Part shown: in pieces, positions 41,271 to 54,989 of the stretch
How the letters are laid out: every line of letters starts with the position of its first letter
Position numbering within the stretch: the stretch's first letter is position 1
Origin: Octopus vulgaris
Taxonomy: Eukaryota
NCBI GenBank assembly: GCA_951406725.2
Contig: OX597824.1
Location: 48,856,001 to 48,920,000, forward strand
Reading direction: 5' to 3'
Length of the DNA: 64,000 nt
The notes under the pieces: model-generated
What the model saw: the letters and a program-made list of their open reading frames with translations, nothing else
What the model was told of the DNA's origin: nothing
Database searches by the model: none
Program-made: the position numbers and the translations under genes

Positions 41271-41584
41271 ATTATGGCTGCCCCCTCGTTATCGAGTATA
41301 GCCATTGCACGAAGCTTAACTGTTACTGGTGCTGTGATCGAATGTGACTTTTTAGCCCAGCTAAAGTTCTACAATGTCTTGTACAAAATTGGCAACTAAA
41401 ACCTTTACTGGTAATAGCCGGCAGTAGTTGTAACTGTACCTTTCCATGTCGTTTAAGTCCTCCTGCCGAATTACACTCTCTTCCACATGCCCGACAGATA
41501 TGATTAGTATGGTGTGTTACACCACCACCAGTGGCCAGGTTGTCACTCATCTGTCTCGTTTTATGACTACGAAGATAACTCTTT
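41271..41584 (-). mobile_element. 3' end of RTE-like LINE: C2H2 fingers, stop, 3' hairpin, (TATG)n tail
   Basis: [17 protein letters not shown] and CQFCTRHCRTLAGLKSHIRSQH*, then CTCG-ATAA-CGAG-GGGGCAGCCATAAT followed by (TATG)n. Confidence 0.75.
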
Positions 41585-41601
41585 ACATACATACATACAG
41601 C

Positions 41602-41663
<62 letters not shown>

Positions 41664-41771
41664 TATGCAAGCATACTTACATACATATATATATATACAT
41701 GCAAGCATACATACATACATACGTACATACATACATACATACATACATACATACATACATACATACATACA

Positions 41772-41802
<31 letters not shown>

Positions 41803-41869
41803 GATGTATACATGCATAAATATACCTCCATATTCACTGAACAACTCTGTTGCTTCAAACAGGTTGCTA

Positions 41870-42275
41870 GTTTGTTTTAGTTCGCAGCTCTTCTTACTCA
41901 TTTGGAACCTAACCCAGATCTCTTTCCTGCTCTCAAACCCAGGTGTACTACCTGTCCCTACATCCTGGACCCTACTATATGCTTCTTGAACTCAACCGAC
42001 TTCATTTTCATGCCACTTGCTATTTCACCTGCACCACTAAAAATGTTGTCGACCGCCTTAAATATCAGCTCTGTAGTGTCCCATTATTGGGGGACCGGCC
42101 GTAAACAACTCTACATTACAATTTGCGCCCCACTTCACGAGCACGCACTATTTCCCATTTCTTTATCTATAACGTTATTTCACATTACGTATCGCCTGCT
42201 TCTCGCTACCAAAAAGGACGACATCTTACCTTCCACCTTGCGTACTCCGCCCTCAGGTATGAATATTGTTGTCGC
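41870..42275 (+). mobile_element. Degraded Penelope-like element, GIY-YIG endonuclease region
   Basis: LVRS, PRCTTCPYI, FTCTTKNVV, a YIGETGR-like segment (TATTGGGGGACCGGCCGTAAA), and RHLTFHL / LRTPPSGMN, the typical PLE C-terminus. Confidence 0.7.
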
Positions 42276-44959
42276 AATGACGTAACAGCATCTTACACAC
42301 TACATTCCATCCACTCCCATTCACCTAAACGTAGAACACCACACTTTTAAATACCCATCTCACAGGCCTTATACACTATCCTATGAATCGATACAACCAC
42401 ATAGATTGAACACAACAATCTGCTGTGGCACATGGCATAACTACCCACTTCAGTGCACGCATGCACAAATACACACGTACACTAATATACACACCATCTC
42501 ACCCTAAACTTTCAAACATACTCTCAACCAGCTGCCCCTTCACACATTTCTCTATATCAAAATACAGCACAAAAATACATTGTGCTGAAGCACATTCTTT
42601 TTGCTCTACATATAGCCTACATATCTACGCGCATACGCAAACTTCAGTACCGTGAGCTCCCCACCACTCCTCTCATTTTTCTTCCCTCGTTAGTTGTCTC
42701 CCTTTTTTCTCTCCCTCCTCATTATTTTTCCGTTCCCCTCACTTTTACTTTCTCCCACCCTCTCTCTCACTCTCCCTACTTATTTTTCCTCATCCCCACT
42801 CTATCGCTTTTTCATTCTACCAAAAGCCTGCTATGTGATCAAAGCGCCTTTTTTAACGTGTATTTTTCCGTTTCTGTCATTTCCTGCATGCATTTATTCT
42901 TCACGCACACACACACGCATGCGCACGCGCTGCTATGCCCTTGATCAAAGAAGAGGCACTTACCTCTTCCACAAAGTGGAATCACAAAAGATAAATTTAG
43001 ACAACTTCCACCATGAACATGTCACATGACTTCTTATGAAATTAGAAATGGCTTATATTGATTTCAAAATTTTGCATAAAGCCAACAATTTCGATGGAGG
43101 GGAAAAGTCGATTACATCGACCTCATCACTCAACCAGTATTTATTTTATCGGCCTCGAAACAATGAAAGGCAAAATCGACTCCGGCGGGCGGAATTTCAA
43201 CTTAGAGCATCAAAACGTGCGAAATGTCGCCAAGCATTACACCCGACGTGCTAATGACTTTGCCAGCTCACCGCCTTAAAGAGATAGATTGTATTAGAAG
43301 TGAGAAGTCCCTCACAAAAACCGTAAACAGAACCTCAAAAGGATATGTAAAAAGCTATTGTTACTATATTTACATAAATACTTTATGTAGCCAAGGTTGC
43401 GGTTAGGTTGATGATCTTACAACCATAAGGTCGTGAATTCGATTTCTAGATCGAACGGAGCGTGGCGTCCTTGAGCAAAATATTTTATTTTATGTTCCAG
43501 CAGATTATTCAGCTTCAATCAAGTACTAGTTTGTACTGGTGCAGATTTCTCTCTCCAACTGTTCCGTTAGGTCAAGGATGCAAAGGTCATGTGTATGTGC
43601 CCTATGCTTGCGACTACATAACAATTAGCGAATCCATGGCACAAGTAACAGTCAATCTACTTCCTCAACACTAAAAGGAGTTTATTGATAACACGAGTTT
43701 ACCAGAACGGATTTGAACGTGTACTGAAAGTTTACAAGTCCGAGAGTTTAACGTTAGACGAAAGTCTTGCATATAACATTATTCATTAGTGAGTAATATT
43801 ACCGGCTTCTTCACTTACGTCACTGATCACTAAACCAATATCTCGCATCAATCAAACTCTCATTGAATTCCAAATTACATTGTATTAGTCATCGTATGAG
43901 TTGACAATATCTTCTCAAAGACAAGAGACGTTTCCTTCTAGCGAAATTCACATATGGCTCAGCTCATAGAAAGGCGTGTGTTTTTTATTTTTTGTTTTTT
44001 GGTTTGTTTGTTTGTGTTTTTTTTTTTGTTACTTTTAAGATTAGAATTGCTTGTTTTCCTTTTTATATGCGTTTTTGTAGTTGTTGTTGTTGTCGTTGTT
44101 CGTTTTTGAGAATTAATGATTTCTCATGTAGGACATAGCACCACACATTTAGGAGGAACGATTTAATTGACGCTAGTACTTGACTGCTATTATTTTAACA
44201 ACCGAGATAAGAATAAGGCAAAGTCGATTTGTTTTATTTATTATTTATAATACAACATTAGCAGACTAAGTGAAATAGTAACAACTAGAAATCGGACATT
44301 AATGGACACAACTAAATAGTCCAGTCGACCGTTTCTGCCAATCACCACTGTCACAAAAAGATAATGAGAACACGGAGAAGCATTTCTGACTTAGCTACAA
44401 GGCCATAAATTTTGGTCGAACGACATAGCTGATGGAATCGACTCATTTTATTGATCTCTGAATAATGATAGGGATGTGAGCCCTGTGCTGCAGAGATGAG
44501 AGTGAATGGTTCTAAAGCACTTCACGGCTTCAAGGTAGCACTTTGTTTCGTGTACCAATTAAACGGCACGATTTCGCATCACAATTGAAACCATTTCATT
44601 TGCATTGCTTCGTGCCTGTTGGAAACATGACATCAAAGTGAATCAACGAAGAAGTCTCTTGATGATCGTTCAGCATGCTAAAAGTTACAGCTAAATCCCC
44701 CTCAAATTACAGCTTACGGTTTTTACAAAAAATAGGACACATTTGACAATGCAGTCTTCGGTGTACAGAAAGGCGAGATGATCATAACTATAACGCATTT
44801 TATCTTAAATCTGCGCAGTCAGGACTGACATAGGGTTAAACAAGAACAATATACCTAAGTGTATATGAAAGATAGTAATGCGAAGAAATTTTATAGAAGC
44901 AAGTTGCTTTTTCGAGTTGGAAGTCCTCCACTTATTTTATAGACTCTTTAATATCTTTA

Positions 44960-45260
44960 ATGCTTCGGTCATTGAACTGCAACGATGCTGGAGCACCACT
45001 TCGAAGTGTTTAGTTGAACAAATCGACTCTAGTACTTATTTTTTCATGTCTGGCACTTATTCTACTTATCTCTTTTGCCATTATGTTACGGGGACGTAAA
45101 CAAACCAACGCCAGTTGTTAAGTAGTGTTGAGGACAAATGCAAGCACACATAGATATGGGCTTTGGTTGGCCCCGGAACCATAGTAGAAGAAAATTTTCC
45201 AAGATAAACACGCAGTGGTATGAGCTTGAAGCAATGTCGTTGGGAAGAAAACTTCATACC
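44960..45260 (-). mobile_element. CORE-like SINE copy (same family as 59297-59700)
   Basis: GATGCTGGAGCACCAC tail and GGGACGTAAACAAACCAACGCCAGTTGT body. Other copies or fragments at 51735-51773 (-), 55990-56225 (-), 60535-60730 (-) and 62815-62995 (+). Confidence 0.75.
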
Positions 45261-46214
45261 CCACATATAGATAGATACTCATATGTATATGTATGTAACA
45301 ACAGTGGAAGGCATGGATTTGTAGACTCCTACATTTCACCTTTCAGGAGTTAAAGATGAAATGAAAAGCCATGTTCTGTGATTTAACAAGCCAGCCGATC
45401 CGATAATTGAACCTGTGACCTCATGGATATGAGGTCAAACGCCCCTCCCTACTAACAACTAGGCTACAAGCCTCTCACAAACTTAAAATAAATGTAAATT
45501 ATATAAGGATGTTGCATGGCTCAAAATAAAATATATAATCAGCTAGTTTTAAACACGGTGAACGTTTTGTAGTCGGTGGTAAACTCTCAATGAAACATCG
45601 ATACGGGTTTCGATTCGTGGTAGTAGCTATTTCATTTACTTTGTTCATGTTTTTGTTTGTTTAATTTTTGTTTGTTTTTTTGCTTGTTTGTTTTTCTTTG
45701 GTGGTGGGGATTTATTTTAAATGTCAAAATCCCTATTCTCCAACATCCCTTAAAGTCAATAGATTGATCACCCATTGATGGACACTCTTCATCACGAAAG
45801 GTCAAACAATTGACTCTATTTGTCGCAAAAATGCGTGGGAAACATAAATGTTTAACCTTTTTAAATGCAAGACAAAGAGACAAACAGACAGACAAAGAAT
45901 AAAACACAGAGAACGACAGAAAGACAAAGAGAAGAGGAAAGTCCAGGAGAAAGAGAAGGATGAAAAAAAAAGTAATATATTAGAGAAAAACTAAAAGATA
46001 CGAAAGATGTAAGAGATAGAAAAGATGAAATAGTTAAGAGACTGAGAGACATTTAGAGAGAGGGAAGATGGAGTAAGAGACGGAAGAATATGGAGGAAAA
46101 GAACAGAGAAAAGAATAAAAGAGAGAAGAAAGTAGAGGAAGTGGTTTACCATTTTACTGGGAAGAGGTACAGAAAAAGATAGCAAAATAGAGAATTTCTC
46201 TCCTTCTTTCTCCC

Positions 46215-46251
<37 letters not shown>

Positions 46252-46285
46252 ATCTCTCTTTTTCTCTCACTATTAATATGTACAT

Positions 46286-46359
<74 letters not shown>

Positions 46360-46393
46360 GGATAAAGAGGTAAAGAGATAGACACACACACAC

Positions 46394-46473
<80 letters not shown>

Positions 46474-46672
46474 AAACTTAGAAAATATATAGAAAGAGGG
46501 AGAAAAAGAAGAAAGGAGAGAGTGAAAGAAGTGAAGAGTATCAAATATAGAATACAAAGTAAAAGAGGAAGAGTATGAGTAAAGTGTAAATAAGAGAGAA
46601 TGAGGAAGAGTGAGATTAAAACGAGTGGATGTGAAAAGAGAGAAGTAGTATTTCTGTTGCATGTGTACATAT

Positions 46673-46731
<59 letters not shown>

Positions 46732-47455
46732 ATATATATATAATATATTATACATATGCTTAAGAGAGATGGCGTGTATGTGTGTCTTTACGGACGCGCA
46801 TGTGCATTGGTAAGGTGGGAGAGCGTTATAGCAATAAGACTAGTAGAATGCGAAGCTAGACCGATTAGAATTAGGAGGTGATGGGGGTGGCGTGGAGATT
46901 GAGTGAAGGAAGAAGTTCGATCCGTTAAGCTATTATCGATCAGGCATCAGTCATATGTCTGTCTGTGCATGGTTAACACTTGATTGAATGCCTTCTCAGA
47001 AAGGCAAACTATATGTACCATGTAGCAAGGCAAAATAGAATAATGAAAAAAAAAAGAAGTCTCTCTCTCTCACTCACACACACACACACAAGCACGCACG
47101 CACAAGCGCACGCACACACACCTATACTCACGCTTTAAACTAGCTAGCTTCTCATCCAGGTGTGGACTCCATTTCTTCATATTTAATTTGTTCTTTTTTC
47201 TTCATTCTTTCTCGCCATCCCTTCTTCTCTCTTTCTCTCCTTCTCTCAGTCTCTCTCTCTCTCTCAGTCTCTCTCTCTCTCAGTCTCTCTCTCTCTCTCA
47301 GTCTCACTCTCAATGTTAATATTGTGTTGTTACTATAATATTACTCGGTTCTCTTATCTCAAACTTTGCTATTATTCACTTTGTTTTTTGTTCTTATTTT
47401 ATTTTGCTTTTTTTAATTTATTCTTTACGCCCACGTGTGTTTATGTACAGAGTGA

Positions 47456-47542
<87 letters not shown>

Positions 47543-49003
47543 ATGTATATGCGCGCTTATATGTTTATAAGGGCAGGGAGAGAGGGGTGGTGATAAAAGA
47601 TGACATCTATATTCTATTATATAGGGTTATTGATATTGTGTGTTTGTATGCTTATATGTAATATATGTATATGTGTGTGTGTGTGTGTGTGTGCGTGCGT
47701 GTGTGTGTGTGTGTGTATGTGTGTGTGTGTGTGTAAATTCTTATGCATACGTGACTTGTATTTTGTATCTGTATGTGTTCATATAATTAGGATACAAAGT
47801 TTCAACAATGCGTGAATTATAGAAGAAACGTCTGAAAAATATGAGAACCAGTTTAATGTAGATCTATATGTGTCCTCGATTGCCTCATGAAATTAGTATG
47901 AGAAGGGATTATGTTCCATTGCCTAGAAAAACTATCTGACTTTTCCGCCATGTTTGAAGCCATGTGCAAGAGGGTGAATTTAAAATGGCAAAACTCAATA
48001 CATTAGTGATTGTATGAACATGTACGATATATATTTGGTATGCTTCGTTTTTAATTGAATATTCCCTATAAACAAGGAGATGGGTTTTAGCAAGAACATA
48101 GAGCAAAGCTATATCGCTGGAATTAGGATAACAAGGAAAACTTTTATGTTACAGCATATAAAATTCTGCCATATTTTTACCAGTCTGTTTATCAACTGTA
48201 TGTGCAGCATAGCCAAATTGTTAAGAAGTTCCCTCTGCAATCACAAAAGTTTGGGTTCGTTTCCATCTAGGCATATTGAGGAAATAAAATTTTCTATAAC
48301 CCTGGGTTGACTCATACTGTGTGGATGAAATTGAGTAAACTACATAGAAGCCTGTTGGGAGGATTGTGCATGTAATAAAAAAACTGGAGCCTTGATCCAC
48401 ACACTGTATCATGCTAATTCTGCCTGAGAGTTACGTTAAGGGTATATGTCTGTACCTTGTAATCCTTACCCATCAATTCAGGAGCAGGTAATTCGTTTAA
48501 TCGAACACCTAAACTTTTATCATCGTACGACGGGTACCCACCATCACTTACCAACTGTATTTACAAATAGTGTATTAGCTGGTCACTTTCTTTCCTCAAG
48601 AAAACTTTAGCTTTTCCAGGTGACCACTTAGATATTTCCTAATATAGCTAAGGGTGTCGAAAATTACAGACACATTTATAATCAGTATAAAGAAGCTTCT
48701 ATGTTCAAAGTATTTACCCTCTAAATATTATATCTGGGCATGCGTGTTAATGTATGCTTCAAATCATCTTTCTCGCCCTTAATAAGCAATAATTTTTCAA
48801 ACCAGCAGCAGTTATTTCTTTACATATTTTGGCATTACTCAACTTTACCTGCTTAGATACATCCAGCAATGTTAGACATTTTGTGAATGGTAGACGTGTT
48901 GCATATCACAAAATTGGAAGATGGGGCAAATGTTATCGTTCATCAGCTTCACGATGTATGGTACTGCCATTATGAACGTTGGGATAATGATAAATATTTA
49001 TCC

Positions 49004-49545
49004 ATTATTATTATTATGGCCGAGTTCCAACGCGGGCCGCAGCAACAATGTCTACCCACCACACTTCTCGGTCCATCATCACTGCCTCGAGGTCCTGCAT
49101 ACATTCTAGACCAGCGTCTGCGACCAAGTTGTCGATGTAAGTGTGACGACGTTTTCCTCTTCTTACATCACAATGGAATAAGTTCCACAAGACTAATTTG
49201 GATGCTTGCAGATCAGAGCAGTGACCAGATAGATGCAATCATTTTTGCCTGATCTTCACACTAACTTCCGGCAGGCCTCTATAAAGGCATTCATTTGTTA
49301 TATGTTGCTGCCATTTCAAATTTAGGACCATTCGGAGCATCCTCACGAAGCATTCATTTAGCCCGCTCGATAATTTCTTTGTCAGTATCCATGTTTCACT
49401 GCCATACAATAATAGCACTGATTCGACAGTTACAATGAACAGCTTGACTTTGATTTGCCTAGGCAATTTGGAGTTCCAGACCTTCTTTAGTTTGTGACAG
49501 GTTTTCCATGCTTGTGTCTTCCTGATCTTGATGTCTGCACTTATG
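49004..49545 (-). mobile_element. 3' fragment of RTE-group LINE with (TAA)n tail
   Basis: DIKIRKTQAWK, VESVLLLYGSETW, RMLRMVLNLKWQQHITNE, LSGHC, TYIDNL, MMDREVW. Confidence 0.85.
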
Positions 49546-50239
49546 AATTAATAGGGCTATTAACTTGAATTGAAAAGCTGGATGAAAAAATATTCACTCC
49601 TGACCCTCAAGCAACTGTTAAAACCGAATGGCAATGTCATATGCTACAAAAATTTTCAAAACATTCAACATTAAGATTTCTGTTTGACCAAAAATGAATC
49701 ACAACGGTATTTTTTTTTTTTTTAAGAAATACGAGAAAAGAATGACGAGATTACAAGAATGATGTGTAGAATGACTAACATAATAAAATAAGACAAATTA
49801 AATTAAAATTATTTAATTAATGACGAAAAAGATAAAAGATAAGAATAAATATAAGAATAAAAACGGAAATGAATAATGAAGCAACTAAATGAAATAACGA
49901 GTATAATTAACGGTAACGTCATGGTTACATAAATCGTGAGTAGAAAATGTAAGCCGTATCATAAAAACATTACAACTATACTTTCTCTTAAAGCAAGTTA
50001 TATGTGTAAAATAACAGCTAACAGACAGGTCTAAACCACATTATCAACAGTAAATCATTACTCCAATGAAACCTCGGCCAGTATAAAAATTGTAAAAGGG
50101 TATTACAACACAGGGGTCAATCAGTATAAAATTAGAGTTCCACTGAAAATTGAAGTAGAAATACCGGCATTCACAATAGAACACGTTAGTGATTTTGCAT
50201 TCACCAAAAATAAGCATGTGTGTACGTGTGTGTGTGTGT

Positions 50240-50676
50240 ATACATACATACATACGTACATACGTACATACGTACGTACATACGTACATACGTACGTACG
50301 TACGTACGTACATACGTACATACATACGTACATACATACGTACATACATACATACATACATACATACATACATACATACATACATACATACATACATACA
50401 TACATACATACATACATACATACATACATACATACATACATACATACATACATACATACATACATACATACATACATACATACATACATACATACATACA
50501 TACATACATACATACATACATACATACATACATACATACATACATACATACATACATACATACATACATACATACATACATACATACATACATACATACA
50601 TACATACATACATACATACATACATACATACATACATACATACATACATACATACATACATACATACATACATACA

Positions 50677-50705
<29 letters not shown>
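50240..50705. repeat. About 465-bp (TACA)n/(TACG)n tract, the tail of the adjacent SINE
   Basis: Directly abuts the 3' end of the minus-strand SINE. Confidence 0.95.
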
Positions 50706-50709
<4 letters not shown>

Positions 50710-50710
50710 T

Positions 50711-51094
50711 AGTGGCACTCCGTCGGTTACGACGACGAGGGTTCCAGTTGATCCGATCAACGGAACAGCCTGCTCGTGAAATTAACGTGCAAGTCGCTGA
50801 GCACTCCATAGACACATGTACCCTTAACGTAGTTCTCGGGGAGATTCAGCGTGACACAGTGTGTGTGACAAGGCTGGCCCTTTGAAATACTGGCACAACA
50901 GAAGCAGGAAGAAAGAGTGAGAGAAAGCTGTGGTGAAAGAGTATAGCAGGGTTCACCACCACCCCCTGCCGGAGCCTCGTAGAGCTTTAGGTGTTTTCAA
51001 TCAATAAACACTCACAGCGCCCGGTCTGGTAATCGAAACCGCGATCCCATGACCGCGAGTCCGCTGCCCTAACCACTGGGCCATTGTGCTTCCA
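50711..51094 (-). mobile_element. Full-length tRNA-derived SINE
   Basis: Head GGAAGCACAATGGCCCAGTGGTTAGGGCAGCGGACTCGCGGTC...GGTTTCGATTACC (A and B boxes). 3' end CCCTCGTCGTCGTAACCGACGGAGTGCCA followed by (TATG)n. Confidence 0.92.
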
Positions 51095-51237
51095 CTCATT
51101 CATATATACAGAGAGAGAGGATGGACAGTGATAGACAGATACAGACTAATGAACACTGACTGACTGACGGGTAATAAATTAAGACAGACAGACAGACAGA
51201 CTGACAGACAGACTGACAGACAGACAGAAAGACAGAC

Positions 51238-51292
<55 letters not shown>

Positions 51293-51295
51293 CAG

Positions 51296-51535
<240 letters not shown>

Positions 51536-53039
51536 CAAAAATTCGTGTAAACAAAACGGCGAAAAGAATGTTCAAGTCATGAGATAGAGTTATATAAGTT
51601 ATTGGAAGCTGAAATTTCACAAGCTGTTAATCTGAGTTTTTCATTGCTGAAATTCAAAGGATATGAAAAATGGAACATAAAATTTGAAATGTCAGAATAC
51701 AGTGGAAACTTTTAATTCTTTAATTAGTTAAAGTGTTTCAGTTTTAAAACTGTGATCATGCTGGGGCACCACCGTTCAATATCATAGAAAGTACTCAGTG
51801 GATAAAATCCAACAAAAGATTTTGATTAGTGGACAACAATAAATCAGAGTAAGTAGAACATTTCCTTTTGATAGGACCAGCTGTACCAAGGACTATTTTA
51901 TAAAATGCAAAAGGAATCCCGGGGTATATTGTAAAACTAGAAATGACGTGTGGAGCCTATGGAAGACAACTACAAGAACTCAACCTTGATTTATAAAGAA
52001 GAAACCACCCGCAGCTTAGTGATGAAAATAGAGGTACGCTGGTAAGAGTATAAGGCCAAGAAACCTATATTAGTGTCCTATCAAAATACAAACAAAAATC
52101 ATGATGGCATACTGAACAATAGAGAAAAAGTAAAAATCCTATCAATTATTCACGATTCAACATAACGACAAACAGGCCGTGTACACATCTGAAACAAAGT
52201 ACTGCTTAATTCCCTCATACTTTTGTACAAGAGAAAATAGTTACGACCCCACCGTCACTATCAGGCCTTGGACATGAATTACCTTGTTATCACTAAATAC
52301 GAATATGTGTATGTACGTATGCGTATCTACGTATGTGAGTGTCTCTTTGTATACAGACAGTTATATAAGTAAACATATAAGGAAATCATGTCTTGTGTAT
52401 GTGCGGCCGCGCGAGTGTGTATGTAGGTTTGCGTGCGTGTGTATGACAAATATGAAATTTAAGAAATATAAAGAAATATAACGTCTTGTCATTCTTGTCA
52501 TTCGTTTCTTGAAAGGATGTAGTATGAAGATTTGTTTAACCATTGCAACCCAAGCAATTCCCAAATAAGAATGTATTTTTATGGTGATGGTCGTTTACCA
52601 GCTCAGATATTTTCACTATCGTATGGATAAAGGCTATATCAAAATTAAGCATTTCTTTATAAAACAATTCGTATTTTTACGTGTTCCACCAAAACCCACC
52701 TGAAATTTATATATATATATATATATATTATAGCTTCATTGAAGTCGGATTTTTCGTTAAATAATACACAATAACATTAAACCCATTGTCTTTTGAGGCA
52801 TTATTGTATAACCGCAAAGCGATTAAGTGATCTGTCATTGGGAAAAATGTTAGAAATAGATCATCTTCCAAACAGGACTCCATCTGCTTGATTCTAGATC
52901 TAAAACAATATCTAAAAATGTAATCATTTAAATTAGTTTTGACTATAATTTTTAAGTTCAACTGTTTCAAAATTTAATCGCTTTTTCTTTCTTCTAAAAG
53001 TAGCCAGTTGAATGCTCGTCGTATTATCGGAATAAATAT

Positions 53040-53587
53040 ATCGCTTACCTTTCGACTTATTTTAGAACATGTTTGAGTCCATAAAATAGGATTTGACTAC
53101 ACCTCCATTTAGAGTACAGTTTAAGCTATCTTTTCGTGGAAGAAGGTTTATGTTCCTTTAACCTGTGTTAATTCTGTAACCCTTTAAAATGGAAGATAAA
53201 AAAGTTCATTTTCGGCACATGATGGTTTTCTTTTCTGTAAAGGGGAAAATGCCTCACAAGTAAAAGTGCCCAAAGAAATATGCACAGTTTACGGTGATGT
53301 TTCTTTATCCGAAATAACTGTATGGAAAGAGTTCGCAAGGTTCCGAGCTGGAGATTGTAGCCTTACTGATAAAGAACGATCAGGCAGGCCATCCACTACA
53401 GATGATGACCGAACCAAGTCATTAATTGAGAATAACCCACATTGCACAACCCGAGAATTGGCAGAAAGAACCAACCTATCAAAATCCGTCGTTCATGAGC
53501 ACCTGGTAAAGCTTGGGTAATGGCAAGTATTTATTGACCTTTTTCTTTCCTTTAAAAATCGGCACGAATTTTCCGGGCAACCCAATA
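53040..53587 (+). mobile_element. Internally deleted mariner element
   Basis: ATG at 53189: MEDKKVHFRHMM..., KEICTVYG, FARFRAGD, RSGRPS, TTRELAE. The catalytic domain is deleted. Right TIR ...CGGCACGAATTTTCCGGGCAACCCAATA. Left boundary approximate. Confidence 0.88.
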
Positions 53588-53739
53588 CTAGTCATAACAT
53601 TCGAGCTTTTGGTCGAGTTGTTTTAACTCTTATTTTTAGCCAAATCGGTACTAGTCAGTACCCTCTGTCACTTTTGTGACTTCTATTAATTTTGCCTTTA
53701 GGTTCAAATTGCTAATAAGCCATCCTTTTAATTTGTTTT

Positions 53740-54090
53740 ATTTTTTGCGTAATGAGATTAAAAAAACCAAGGCTGTATAGATATTAGAGCATTTCTAGAT
53801 AGAAGCTCTTACAGCTGTTTCTAGGATATTAATTAATAATATCCCTTCATCGGAGACGGCGTGAGAGGAAAAATTAAGTCATAGTTAGTTTCGATGTGAT
53901 ACAAATAGAGAGTTGAGGTGGAGATTTGTATCACATCGAAACTAACTATGACTTAATTTTTCCTCTCACACCGTCTCCGATGAAGGGATATTATTAATTA
54001 ATATCCTAGAAATAGCTGTAAGACCTTCTATCTATAAATGCTCTAATATCTATACAGCCTTGGGTTTTTTTATCTTATTACGCAAAAAAT
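53740..54090. mobile_element. Fold-back element: about 167-bp near-identical inverted arms, 17-bp spacer, hammerhead-like motif in each arm
   Basis: Arms 53740-53906 and 53924-54090. Confidence 0.9.
53973..54024 (+). ncRNA. Minimal type-I hammerhead-like motif (mirror copy at 53806-53857, minus strand)
   Basis: GTCT-CCGATGA-AG-GGATATTA/TAATATCC-TA-GAAA(T/C)-AGCT-GTA-AGAC, with stem I GTCT/AGAC and a palindromic stem III. Confidence 0.65.
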
Positions 54091-54239
54091 TCTTATATAC
54101 ACACGCTGACATAGAACCAACGTTGAACCCTTTATTCGCAATATTACCGAATCTGGAACTTAACTATGGTCTGTCTATAGCACTTATTCAGCATTACCTG
54201 ACACCTTTGGGTCTCAATGGCACCATTATCTCTTATATT

Positions 54240-54271
<32 letters not shown>

Positions 54272-54544
54272 CACAAACACACACACACTCATGTACATAT
54301 AGATGGTGTCACGCCTACACGTTCACTTATATCCGCACTTACGCGTCTCTACCTATAAAAAATTCTTCAGTTTTCAGCATGGTTTGTCTCTTAACCAATT
54401 TTTCTAATATAGCCTACTTTCTTTAATTTTTTTCTTTTCTTCATCTCTATTATCAATCTCATTTACAGTCAAACTAGCCCTTCTACTTCTTTTCTATCTC
54501 ACCCTCTATCAGTTTCTCTGCTACACTCTAATATCTCCCTTCCT

Positions 54545-54645
54545 TTCCCCCTCTCCCTCCCTCCCTCGCTCTCTCTCTCTCTCTCTCTAGCCCTCTCTCT
54601 AGCCCTCTCTTTTAGCCACCCTCTCTCTCTTTCTCTCTCTCTCTT

Positions 54646-54693
<48 letters not shown>

Positions 54694-54715
54694 TCTCTAG
54701 CCCTCTCTTTTAGCC

Positions 54716-54807
<92 letters not shown>
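54545..54807. repeat. (CT)n microsatellite with TAGCC interruptions
   Basis: Direct reading. Confidence 0.95.
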
Positions 54808-54809
<2 letters not shown>

Positions 54810-54958
54810 CAGCTTCATAAAATTCATTTTCATTTGTTTTTTTTGTTATATTTATGTCAAATTAGCTCAATCTTATCAGCGCTCGCTTAAGATTTACAAG
54901 CGTATAAAACACCGCATGCTTTTGTACACATCATGAAACACACACACACACGCACACA

Positions 54959-54989
<31 letters not shown>

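Noticed and set aside
51020-51094. tRNA gene (also 8358, 12662, 43385, 45400 and 45570)
   Set aside because: No complete cloverleaf; these are SINE heads or decayed fragments continuing into SINE bodies.
51870-52140. Possible exon or Dong remnant (GACCAGCTG...)
   Set aside because: Early stops and only a vague motif resemblance; neither reading is supportable.
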